This document shows, one piece after another, positions 48,380-60,200 of a stretch of 64,000 nt of DNA. Made by a program: the position numbers and the translations under genes. The stretch covers positions 496,001 through 560,000 of the forward strand of contig JAKMXF010000321.1 in NCBI GenBank assembly GCA_024704765.1, given 5' to 3'. The stretch's first letter is position 1. Each line of letters starts with the position of its first letter. The stretch is from Oopsacas minuta (taxonomy: Eukaryota > Animalia > Porifera). A model generated the notes under the pieces. It did no database searches. It was not told the DNA's origin and saw only the letters and a program-made list of their open reading frames with translations.

Positions 48380-49651
48380 ACATCTTTCTCAACTCTTTTG
48401 TCCCCCTAACAAGTTATTTTTCTATATTTTATTAGTTTTTCAGATGGGAACATACTCCTTTATTTTGCTTGATATTATCTAGAATCTATATTATCTTTGT
48501 GATTGTTAATATATGAATTGTGAGTGTGAGAGATATTATTAGAAATATTTTAGAATGGGGAATATTGTAGCTAACTTTTCGGCAATATCTCTATATATTT
48601 TAAGTACAGCTGGTGTTGGTTATAAGAACTATGCCCTGAAAACTGCTCTCATATCTTATAATGAATTTCAAACATGATTTATTTCAAATTCCCACCATTT
48701 CCCTCGCGCTTCCTTGAGAGCATATAATTTAGTTCTGGTATAAATTTCACGCTTTTTGCTCTAATTTACTTATATATTCACAAAATCGCATATGCAATCT
48801 CATTGCATGGACTTTCTTTACATTAATAGAAGTATTAATTTAATAAAATTGCCCAATACAGTAGAGTCTCCTGGTAAGCCTCCCATTCCCCGTTTATTAT
48901 TTCTAATGTAAATGTCCTTTAATCAGAGATTTTTCAGTCAATATATACAGCCACTTTCCCCAATGAATGTTTTTTCAATTATATTTGATTATCATAATAT
49001 GCCCTAAGGTTATTGGTTGAAAATAAAAATTTGTAAGAAATTTCTTCTCAGAAACCCGAATATTTCAATTCATCATCATAGTGATACGTTTGTGTTATTC
49101 TCCAAATTTAGCATATCAAAAGGTTTATTCAAAAACTTTATCGAAGAATTCCCCACCTATAGCTATAGAGGTAAATTTCAATGGTCCAAGGCATAATTAC
49201 CTCTAAAGTATTCCCCATATTCCTCGCTTATTGAGGTTCCCCATTAATAGAGACCGAGGTTGCACTGTAATTGAAATTAATTATTGCACACAGTTTGTAA
49301 AATTGTAAATTTTATATAGAAACAATAGAATATTCTATAATTTCCAAAGTCCACTTTTAATGGTAACTTTTGCAGCAGAATTAATCATTAATGCAAATTT
49401 TTTGCCAATCGTGTATTCTAACTAGTACTTACAAACCTGCTAGATCTATTATTATCCAATAATTGCTGGAAATATTTGTCAATTTAATAACCATGCTATA
49501 TGTCTACTAAGTATTCTACATAAATCAGTGGTAAATCATAGGAGAATTCTTACTAAATGTATGTATGGACACTAATGACTTGCTATCTCAGCAATAATGC
49601 TCTGTACATAAATACCATATTAATCAGTATATTTATTCATGAATTGTTAGC

Positions 49652-49984
49652 ATGTCAAGTAGCCGTGGAGATTTCCCTATCGAGCAAGTAACAGAGATTA
49701 TAAAAGCTACGATAGTAGATAAGTTCTCAGACCGCCCCGCTTACAAACAAGATGAAGTTGAATTCTGGACGAAAGAGCTAGCTGAAGTATGCACAAGTGA
49801 ATTAAGTAAACTCAAGAAATCATATAAATATATTACACATGTTATGGTAATGCAGAGAACAGGTGGAGCTCTGAATACAGCTAGCTGTTGCTATTGGGAT
49901 CAGAATTCTGATGGTAATTGTGTAATGGGATGGGAGAATCAAGATATACATGTAGTAGTTGATGTGTTTGGGATTGCAATTTAG
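49652..49984 (+). CDS. DYNLT: Dynein light chain, Tctex-1 family, intronless
   Basis: LSKLKKSYKYITHVMVMQRTGGALNTASCCYWDQNSDGNC..WEN.DIHVVVDVFGIAI. Confidence 0.92.
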   Translation: MSSSRGDFPIEQVTEIIKATIVDKFSDRPAYKQDEVEFWTKELAEVCTSELSKLKKSYKYITHVMVMQRTGGALNTASCCYWDQNSDGNCVMGWENQDIHVVVDVFGIAI

Positions 49985-50189
49985 TATATTTGGTCTTATA
50001 TTTGTGTATAGTAATTCCTTAAACTTCATTTTGTATATTTTGTAATTTGCTCTGGATTTATATTTACCCTACATTATAATATAACTTAAATATTAAAGTT
50101 ATGGCATTTATATTTACAACTGTAAATATGGTGGAAAGAAGCCTGAAACGGTGAACCTTAATTCCATACTATCAATATTTAGATAGGTT

Positions 50190-50375
50190 TAGAAATTCAC
50201 TATATCGAACACGGATATATGGAAATATTAACTTATATCGAAGTCTGAAATTGTACAAATATGGTCCCAAGCAGTTAAAGTAACATTTATTTCATCGATT
50301 ATATAACGAACTACGTGTAAATGTGAGTAATTATCACGGTCTCCTTCAGCTTCAATATAACGATTTTTTCCTGTA
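50190..50375. mobile_element. MITE family A, degenerate reverse copy between Tctex1 and TTC29
   Basis: TATATCGAACACGGATATA...TTATATCGAAGTCTGAAATTGTACAAATATGGTCCCAA...GTAATTATCACGGTC. Confidence 0.75.
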
Positions 50376-50530
50376 AATGTTCTTATATTGGACTACATAT
50401 TTCTGTACTGACGAACATTAATTATCCGTTATCTAGATAGAATTTGTCTGGAGTTCTCTGGTCTGAATTCCTATTAAATAAGCTAGTTGTATATATATAT
50501 ATATATATATATATCTGTTTGTCTAATACA

Positions 50531-52369
50531 ATGGCTGCTGCACTACCCCCAATACAATCTGTATCAATTCCTCACCAATCAGTAAGAGTCCCTGTCCTCA
50601 GCAAGAAAGATACTCTGCAGGAGAATAAAGTAACTCCTGTTAAACAAGGCATAGCAGGACTCACTGATCTAGACATAGCTAGACACAGACAGAGTTATCT
50701 ACACAATACTTCAGTAGCTCTACTAGAGGAGGGATATGTTAACTCATTTATTGAGATATTCAGTCTGGTTGAGTCTCAGAAGATGCAGCGGGAATTAGCT
50801 GGTATGTTTATGTTGAAACGGGAAACTTTGCAAATGGAGTGATAAACACTTTGAGGGAATTTGCGGAGGCAACACTAGTTGTTAGAATTTTGTGTAATTA
50901 CAGTCAGCCGTGGCGTGACAGTGGGACATGGGGGCCAGATATTTTTAGGGCCTCCACTTAAATTTTCATGACATACCATCTCCTCTGTAACATAAAATTA
51001 ATTATGCTATTTATAGGGAAAGATTCTGGTCACTACTACGACCCTCTGTTACCAGCTGAGCCCAGCAAACTAGAGACACTAGCTAAACATCTTGGACTAG
51101 CAGAAAAGCTACAAAGACAAGGGAAACTAGCTGAAGTGTGTAGTACTCTAGATAAACTAGCTCATGAGTGTAAGCAGACAGACAGCTGGCTATCTGATCA
51201 CTTCTATAAGAAATCTCTCTCGATTAGTGAACTAATTGAAGGAGATGAAGGAAGGAAGCTAGCGGAATCTCACAAAAACTTAGGATTAATGCATGAGTAT
51301 CAGGATAGCTTGTTACAAGCTATTCAGGACTTGGAAGCTTATTTTAAAATGTGTCAAAGGCATGGAGAGACCTGGCACACTGACCATGGAGAGAATATTA
51401 TGGATGATGCATGTGAACAGCTGAGAAGGGTTAGTTATTATGTGAACAGCTATAATTGTTAGATTTTCATTAATGGCATTAGAAAGCTTTTTTAGCATTT
51501 TTCCAGAATATAGATCCATATGCCGGGATATATTTGGAATTTTGTGTGCCTTTTCTCCAAATAATACTTGGAATTGCTATTTGTGGATTACTACTTGGAA
51601 TCTAGGGAATTTAGCTTAGCAAGTACCGGGAAATTATCATAAGAGGTTGGTAAGTATACAAATCGCAAAATTCCTTATAAGGAATTACAGTTACCAAGAG
51701 CTTAGCTCTTGTGTATTTCTATAGGTATACACTAAATACGCTGATACCCTCCAGACCGCAGATCCAGTAGCTGCTATAGAGTATGTACAGCGTGCTTATG
51801 ACGTAATAAAACTATCCTCTTACATAGACAAACAAGCTGAAGCATGCTATCTCCTGGGTGTAGCATACAGAGAAGCTAAAGAGTACAAAACTGCATTGAA
51901 ACAATTCAAATCATATCACGAGAAAGCTAAACACAACAGGGATGATGATGGAGTAATACATGCTTGTGATGCTGTATCAGATACTTATCAGTTAATGGGA
52001 GAATTCATGAGAGCAGCTGAGTACCAAAAGAAGATTCTAGAAGCTTCTCAGAGAGCTGATATTAACACAGCATACACAAAAGCATGTGCTTCACTCGGTG
52101 GTATTTATAACAGACTTGGTTTGTATGAAGAATCTGTGACGTATTTTGAGAGATCTAATGAAGACAGTACTGCTATGAATGGAGGAGTATCTAATGTACA
52201 ATTTGGTGTAGCTAATGCTCACCATCAGATGGATAACTATCTAGATCATGTATTGGATTATTCAGTACAAACTGATTTGGGTATAGCTAGTTTCAAAGAT
52301 GAACATGATGGAACGATAAATGTATCAGAGGATTGTACTGGCTCTCAAGATGGGGAGGAAGACTATTGA
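50531..52369 (+). CDS. TTC29: TPR protein, TTC29-like; exons 50531-50801, 51017-51429, 51725-52369
   Basis: GLTDLDIARHRQSYLHNTSVALLEEGYVNSFIEIFSL resembles the TTC29 N-terminus; TPR-like helices (AESHKNLGL, AEACYLLG, ACASLGGIYNRLG.YEESVTYF); phases consistent. Confidence 0.8.
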
Positions 52370-52556
52370 ATATCTTGCATTACTCGCTTATAACTGTGTT
52401 TTGGGGTGTTTAAACGAATTTACTAATTAACCATTTAGTTAGAAATATATGAACATACTATTCAGTAACACTCATATACGTATAATTATTTGCTAGATAT
52501 ATCGTGAACTACTAATACTATTAACAGTATTTATACTTATCGGTTAGTACATTGTG

Positions 52557-55500
52557 ATGGCTACTCCCTCTGAGAACGGAACAATCTCCCTCTCTTCTGG
52601 ATCTAGAGGTATATCTGATATATTCGCGATTCAGCTGGAGGTGACTGGCAGACTGCTCGAAGCCGAACAGAATAAAGTCAGTTCATAAAACATGTATATT
52701 CAACTCCCGTCATATCGCAGCTCAAGGGACCCCGATATGTACTTCGATATAACCGATGAATATTTGTTACTTTGATGGTTTGGGAACATATTTGTACAAT
52801 TTAAGACCTCGATATAAGCATGTTTTTCGATATGTTCGTGATCCATATATCTGGAGTTGACTGTACATACCTTTTCTGTGTACAGTATAAACCTGCTTTC
52901 TTACTCAATGTAGGTAGAATTGATGGAGAAAGAGATGCGAGCTAATATGCAGGATGAGATATCAGCTGGGTCTATGAAGGCACGTGCTCTTAAGGAAGAA
53001 CAGAATAACTTTCTACGTATATACACGCAACATCAACGTCTGTTACAGGAATATCAAGCTGTAGCTGTAGATGTGTTCAGGAAGGCAGCAGCTAGTTCTA
53101 CACAGAGGACCAGGTAGATAATACATTATAGTCTACTGTTAATAACAAACTTGTTTCTATTCCACCTCCCCCATCAAGTTTACAAATATTGCCATTATTT
53201 CATTATCATCTCAATGGAATTCAAATACACAATATATTTACTAACTAACTAACAGGCGAATAGTAATGATTACTATTCACCATTCTTATTCGCTATCTCA
53301 GTATCTGAAACCTAGCATGAGTTCCTATATACTTCAAATGAGCATTTCTTAATACTTATCTATAATCTGAATTGAATTATTGTTCCAATTTCCTCTCAGA
53401 TCAATCCCATCTGTCGGTATGAAGAACACTGTAAAGAAGAGAGCTTCTATATTCGGTACCATCGTATCAGAGACTCAGGGAGCTCAGATCCATGAGAGAC
53501 CTAACCTATTCTCCCTATTTCATTCAGGAGTATCTAAAGATAGCTCTCCTACTAAATATAACCGTCCTCTCAAATTTGAGAATGGTTATTTAGTGTCAGG
53601 GAGTATGACAGCTCTAATAGAACACATAATACCAACCCTATCATATTATCCGGATAGGACGTTTGTATTTGCTTTCTTGTTGTGTTCAAGATTGAAGATG
53701 AGACCACATAAATTGCTTGCTGAGGTTAGTTAGTTATTACGTCATTTCATATATTGTGTAACTTCAACAACCGTTGCGCCAGGTACACCAAAAATGCTAC
53801 CCAGTTTGTGGCGTTTTTCTGCCATTTTTTTACTCCATTTCCAGAAGTTCTCCGTTTCCACAGGTCCCATTATTGCCTTATATGCACGTAGTACCAGTAT
53901 TTTTAATCCAATTACATATTTACAAAATAACTTAATTATCCAAGAGTGGATTATATAAATAATTATTCCTATTCTTCCTATTCCTGATATCATCTAACAT
54001 TCTCTTCATTGCTACTGCAATACTCATCCCTATAATCCCAATATAGAATATGCTAGCTGCAATAGTCTGTACAATACGGGCTATTATACTTACAACTATC
54101 ACTGTTTGAATAGCTCTCTCTCCTGGTGTAAATATAAGGAATGCTGGCTTCAGTTTATAACATTGTAGTAGTACTATCCACTCTGTCCAGACAGATCCCA
54201 TACAGAATACTAGCTCACCCAGGACAAGTATAAATAGGAGTGCGGTGAAACACGAAACTGTTTGTTTGTACATGTATAAGGCATTCCCTGTTCGTTTATG
54301 TTCTTGTCTCGCTTCCATATTATCAATCAGACTAATGTCCTGTAATCTAAACTGTATTTGTAGCTGTAGCCTCTTGGAAGAACGTGTAACAAGATAGATA
54401 TTTATGGAAAAAAATACGATAGAGATAGTGTACCCTATTATGTATGTTTGTATGAATAACGTCACTACGAATATAACCAATGCTTGAAGAAGTGTAATAG
54501 TTAAAATCTTGAATATTTGTTTCATATGAGCTGTCCTATTACTGTAGACTTGTATTAGGAAAGATACAATACTCCAGTAAATTGCTATATGTGCTACTAT
54601 ACAACTTTGTCTAATTGCTTCTATTAAGAATCCTTTGGAACATCCGCTGTATAGGAAATCATATGTTGCACCACTCTCAGTTATGTTTACGCTACAATTG
54701 TATGTTGATTGGAAAGTTTGTAATTTTACACTTCCCCCAAACGCTCCTGTAATGAATTCCGCTATTAATAGTATAGAAATTGAAAACTCACATAGTAACA
54801 CTCCAAGAATTAGAGAATCGCGGATTATTAGAGATTTCTTAGTTCTCCTTCTGGTCAGGGTGTCTTGACCTGAAACGCGGATTTTATAGCTCTTATATGC
54901 CGTGTAATTTATGAAAATATTGTTAGTGAAATATACAACCCAGAATATTGAAATTATGATAATAATAACGCATACTGGTGAAAGCAGGTATATAGAGTAA
55001 TGGTATATACTTGTGATAATACTTTCTAATTCTATGAAATTCATTTGAGATAATCCCACATTATCAGGTTTTATACTGAATATCTTATTTGATAACTTCT
55101 GTAAGATTCCTAATAAAGCAATTTTATTAATACAACATTACTGAACTTTGCACCAGAAATATTCCTTTCATAATTAGTTGTATTTTGTTTAATTTCTAAT
55201 GTCTTACACATTAGCAAATAAAATGATTTGTCGCACAAAGTGTAGTGTAAACCGCTGTCGCTTCCTCTGACATATTAATTTCTCATTAATAGGCTTGCCT
55301 GCTCGAATTTCACCAGTACGATACCTTATGCGTAGCTGTATTTGGAATTTCATTAATTTAATTCTGTATACCTGTTTATGTTGCTAGATTCACGAAGCAT
55401 TCGAGACTCAAATACAAGCTCTCAGTTCTTCTGACAAAACAACTCTCTCTGCTTATTTCTTACAGCTGCTCAGTGAATGGACTGATAACTTTGCATACGA

Positions 55501-56704
55501 TTTCAGGTACAAACCTCTATTTAATGTACAGTCAACTCCCAATATATCGGAACGGTCTCTTGAGCTTCGATATACCTGGAGTTGACGACTGTATTAATAT
55601 TTTTAGCGGTGCACTGCTAAAGTTAGCCTGGAACATATGAATACAAATTATTCACAAAATTCATTTAATTCTTCTGTTTGTGTTCAACTTTAATAATTGC
55701 TTAGAGACGAGAGGAGCATGAAGACATTTAAGGATGTGACCCAACAGTGTGCAGCTCAGTCACCAGATCTCCGTAAGACAGTCGGCGGACTCCAACACAC
55801 TCTCTTCTATAGACTCTCTCTCCTAGAAAAGTACGAAACTAACCTCCAGCGAATTAATGCTGCCACCACCGAGAAAATAGCTGACTCAAAAACTCAAGTG
55901 AATTTAATGGAATCTTGTGACAACCCAATCACTCTAACACAACAACTAACTCATATTGAGTTGGAGAGATTGAATAGCATTGGTCCTGAAGAGTTCCTAC
56001 AGACTTTTGTTAAAGAGAAACCAGCTAGTGATGGTACGAACGATATGAAACGTACAAATAATCTAGAAGCTTACATCGAATGGTTCAATCGCCTTAGTTA
56101 CCTAGTTGCAACTGAAATATGTATTGTTGATAAGAAAATTAAGAATAGAGCTAGAGTTCTTGATTTCTTTATTGACACAGCATATGAATGCCTTGTAACA
56201 AATAACTTCAATTCTCTAATGGCTATTGTAGCTGGATTACACATGAACCCTGTACAGAGGTTGAAGAAAACTTGGGCAAAGGTAAACACCAGTAAATTCG
56301 ATAAACTAATGGACACGATGAATCCATCCGCGAATTTCAGCAACTATCGTAAGTCTTTAAAAGAAGCTATTGATAGAAAGGGAGATAAAAAGGAGAAAGC
56401 AGTCATTCCTTTCTTCAGTTTGCTTGTAAAAGATTTGTATATGGTGAATGAAACTATTCCTCTTAACCTCGATAACGGACAAGTTAACTTCAATAAATTC
56501 TGGGAACTTTCTCAACATGTAACTCGTTTACTTTCCTTCCGACATTCGGAGTACAGTCCTATGCGCTTAAGAAATGTCCTAAACTATTTAATGACCATTC
56601 CTGTATTCACTGAAGACGAGTTATATCTCTCTTCTTACAAATGTGAAGAACCAGAAATGAGTTATGAAAAGTCAAAGTATAAAACTCTTCTACAAAACCG
56701 TTGA
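52557..56704 (+). CDS. RASGEF1: RasGEF domain family member 1-like; exons 52557-52676, 52914-53113, 53400-53724, 55388-55506, 55705-56704
   Basis: REM domain VSGSMTALIEHIIP...YYPDRTFVFAFLLCSR and LLSEWTDNFAYDFR; CDC25 domain QLTHIELERLNSIGPEEF, WFNRLSYLVATEIC, NNFNSLMAIVAGL, IPFFSLLVKDLY. The first two exons (coiled-coil-like) are less certain. Confidence 0.85.
52697..52865. mobile_element. MITE family A copy in RASGEF1 intron 1
   Basis: TCAACTCCCGTCATATCG..GCTCAAGGGACC...GGTTTGGGAACATATTTGTAC...GGAGTTGACTGTA. Confidence 0.85.
53932..55044 (-). CDS. Orphan multi-pass (about 7 TM, GPCR-like) membrane protein, intronless, nested antisense in RASGEF1 intron 3
   Basis: About 370-aa clean ORF with roughly seven hydrophobic segments and a Cys-containing loop carrying an N-glycosylation sequon (NCSVNIT); first ATG at 55044. 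Confidence 0.7.
   Translation of the reverse strand: MNFIELESIITSIYHYSIYLLSPVCVIIIIISIFWVVYFTNNIFINYTAYKSYKIRVSGQDTLTRRRTKKSLIIRDSLILGVLLCEFSISILLIAEFITGAFGGSVKLQTFQSTYNCSVNITESGATYDFLYSGCSKGFLIEAIRQSCIVAHIAIYWSIVSFLIQVYSNRTAHMKQIFKILTITLLQALVIFVVTLFIQTYIIGYTISIVFFSINIYLVTRSSKRLQLQIQFRLQDISLIDNMEARQEHKRTGNALYMYKQTVSCFTALLFILVLGELVFCMGSVWTEWIVLLQCYKLKPAFLIFTPGERAIQTVIVVSIIARIVQTIAASIFYIGIIGMSIAVAMKRMLDDIRNRKNRNNYLYNPLLDN
55527..55593. mobile_element. MITE family A, minimal copy in RASGEF1 intron 4
   Basis: TACAGTCAACTCCC...TTGAGCTTCGATATACCTGGAGTTGAC. Confidence 0.75.
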
Positions 56705-56895
56705 AACTTTCCGAAATACTTTGAATGTGACCCGAAAAATTATACGAAAAATTATAATCGATGAATTTGTTTAACTCTTTTTTAGGTATTTTCTATTTCT
56801 AATAGCTTTCTATGTACCCTGCTGTATCTGTACCTGATTAATACTTTGAAATAATATATGTTTTATTGTATCAACTTTATATGTACGTATACAAG

Positions 56896-57010
56896 TACAG
56901 CGGATCCTCTCTAATTGTTCACTTGTTCATACACTAATCTCGTAATCCTTACACTTAGAATTCTCTAATTGTCCGCTTCCACAGGCGAGCAATTAGAGAG
57001 GACCCACTCT
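56896..57010. mobile_element. MITE family C
   Basis: TACAGCGGATCCTCTCTAATTG...CAATTAGAGAGGACCCACT inverted ends. Confidence 0.6.
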
Positions 57011-57259
57011 ACTACAAGTAATATCTCACTAAGATACCTTAGGGAGATGACGCTAAAATATTATTCTCATATATCGAAGGTTAAATTCTTTATAAGTGAG
57101 ATATTAATTTTCGTTTTAACTACCATGACTTTGGTGCAATTTCCTGGGGCTTAACAGGGGATGTGGCCTTTTAATCTTAGGACTCGGGCGCCCATGACCT
57201 ACTAAATATCTAAGATACCCTATGTCGTCGATACTGTCAGTACTTTACACACCATGTAG

Positions 57260-60200
57260 ATGTCTAGAAGTGTAGCATGGAGACATTATTGTCCTACCAA
57301 GATTAAAGAGCGATTAACTCTCGCATCTACAGCTAGACTATACATCCTGCATCAAACTGGCCCTACTGGATTCCATATTAAGGAAGAGGGGAAGGACAGA
57401 AAATTGAAGGTAATCTTATAGCATACAGTCAACTCACGCTTATATCGAAGCCTAAAATTATACAAATATGGTCTCAAACCTTCAAAGTTAAATATACTCC
57501 ATTGGGTATATCGAATACCCGCTTATCTCGAAGTAATACGTTGTCCCTTGAGCTTCGATATAACAGGCTGACTGTGTTTAAATACTTCCCATTTTATACA
57601 TTGATTCATATATAGGTTTTTCTCGGAGATCCGCACACATGCTCCTGTAATACGTTTATGAATGAGAGAGAGCTCTGTATTCACATTCTATGGTTAGTTA
57701 CTATTACAAATTATTAGTATTCAAATATTTAGTGGATGGTAAGTTTATCTAACTTTCTGAAAATTGAAATAATTCTCTAGAACATGCAAACATTTTTTCT
57801 TGCAAACAATTTCTTAGAAATTTCTGAAATTCGGACGAATGCATGCACTCCAAATTCTACTTGCATATATGGTTCTTCATCTATCAATTATTGTTAGACC
57901 ATCATTATTACAGTAGACCATATAATAGATCAGAAAATAAATTTCTAGGACACAAATATGAAATGATTCTTGAAGCCAACCTCGCTATATCTTCTTTCAT
58001 ATTAGCTAATATCATATGCCCCTTATTTGAACTTCAAACATGGTGTATTCTAGTGATAATTTTCGCGATTTGTTCTGCGATTTCCATGCATTTGCTTACA
58101 AAAGATTACATAAAGATTGTGTTCATATCCCTTAGTTTGGGACTAATATTCTCCAAATCTCTCTCCTATACATTTTTATCCTATTTCTCTGAGAAATACA
58201 TTGCCATGCAATTCTCCCTGTATATTTCTGTAATGGCATTTTTCCATTATTCAGAATACATCTCTATAGCACTCTTCAATCCTAAAAATTTGACCATAGA
58301 CTCCTTCTTACTTACACACAGCTGGGAGTATGGCTTAGCTCTGCTTCTAGCTATTATAGAGATGGGACTTGAATCGTACTTTATTCCTTACTTGAAAGGG
58401 AATATGTATATCATTTGTGTTGGTTTGTTGATGACGTCATTAGGTGAATTCATTAGGAAACTAGCTATGTACACAGCTGGGCTGTCTTTCACACACATGA
58501 TCTCAACTTGGAGGGAGAAAGAGCACGCATTGATCACCTCTGGCATATATGGTTGGTGTAGACATCCTAGTTACGTCGGTTGGTCTATTTGGAGCATTGG
58601 AACGCAGGTTTTACTCGGTAATCCTATATGTTTCGTAGCTTATATCTCCGCTATTTATATGTTCTATAAGGAACGCATTATGTGTGAGGAGTATCATTTA
58701 ATTCGGTTTTTCGGAAAACGGTACATAGAGTATCAGCAGCGTGTACCTACTGGACTCCCCTTCATCAAAGGCCTAATATTAGAATAGAGAATTAGAGACT
58801 ATATTTTAATGTGTATTGTGCTTGAAATCTTTATGATTATTTTATGTATGTATTTAATATTTAATAACTTTGATTGTTTATGTATTTTTGGTTCATAGGT
58901 TGCTTGTTAAAAAGTTCAAGTTTAAGCCAGAAGATCCATGTATGTTTTATTTGCTTGTATTATCAGTTTATTTGTTATATAGTCGACTCCGCTTAATCAG
59001 GTCATTTTCCAGCAAGATTCAGACACATACTGCTTAACCTTCACAAACGGGGCCTGTGGAAACGGAGTGAAAATATTGAGCGAATTCCTGGTCCCATAGA
59101 AATGAACTTCCATAAACTGGGAATTTGGCAGAAACGGGGAAACAGGGTACACAACATTTTACACAATTTCTCTTCCCATTAGTGATTTATCAAAAAGGAT
59201 TGATAGAACGTGAGATTAACGATTTAGTATTAAGAGAATTAGGAGAAAGAAACAGATCTGTAAACCATCGAGCTATAAATGAATCTACTTCTCCTCTATC
59301 TTACCAGAGAGAATTACAAGAAGGAGATGTATGTCCTATTTGTCAAGAAGTTCTATCTCAGGCTAATGAACCTCTTACTTTCTGCAGGTATATAGTCCAG
59401 TCAATTCCCGTTAAATCGAAGTTCAAGGGACTCCGATGTAATTATGTTACTTTGACAGTTTGGGTCCATATTTGTACAATTTAAGACTTCGCTATAACCG
59501 GAGTTAACTGTATATAATTATATGTATTAGTAGAACAGTTATTAATATTGTGGTCTTTAGACAGAGTTGTGGGAAGAGTTTGCATGTTAGATGCATGAAG
59601 ATGTGGGCTGATCATCAGAAGTCGCTAGGAGAAGTTAAGATCAAGTGTCCTCTCTGTAGAGAAGACTTTGGTGCTTATGAGGTGTGTATATATGACAGTA
59701 GTAGTAACAATATTACGAACATATTATGCCATTACAATGATTACATATTGCTGCTATATAATTAGGAGCTTAATAAAGAGTCATTAGAAGCTAAGAAACA
59801 GACTTACAAGAATTCTAGAGCTCCTAATGTACATACTGGTTGTGTGTGTTGTAGATGTCTTGCTAGTCCTATTATTGGTGTATGCTATAGGTATGTATAT
59901 GTATATTTTATTAAATAATACTGTGTCCAGTTGGGGATAGGGGGGCGCTGGTCACAGGTTCCTTGAAGATTGTTACTTATCCCAGATCTTCTAAATGATA
60001 AATATTTTTCTATGAGGATTTTTGGTCAATTGTGAGTATTATTGATTATTCTTATGTATTGTGTACTGCATGATGTATTTTGTCTAGATGTAGAGAGTGC
60101 GCAGAGTATTTCCTTTGTTCAAAATGCTATTTAATAGAAAATCATAATCCAGCACATACACTTCAGATTAGAAGGGTATGAAACTATAGCTATTATGTTA

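Noticed and set aside
52557-58787. RASGEF1 next to ICMT as a Ras-pathway cluster
   Set aside because: The link is loose (ICMT acts on all CAAX proteins) and one adjacency among about 25 genes is expected by chance
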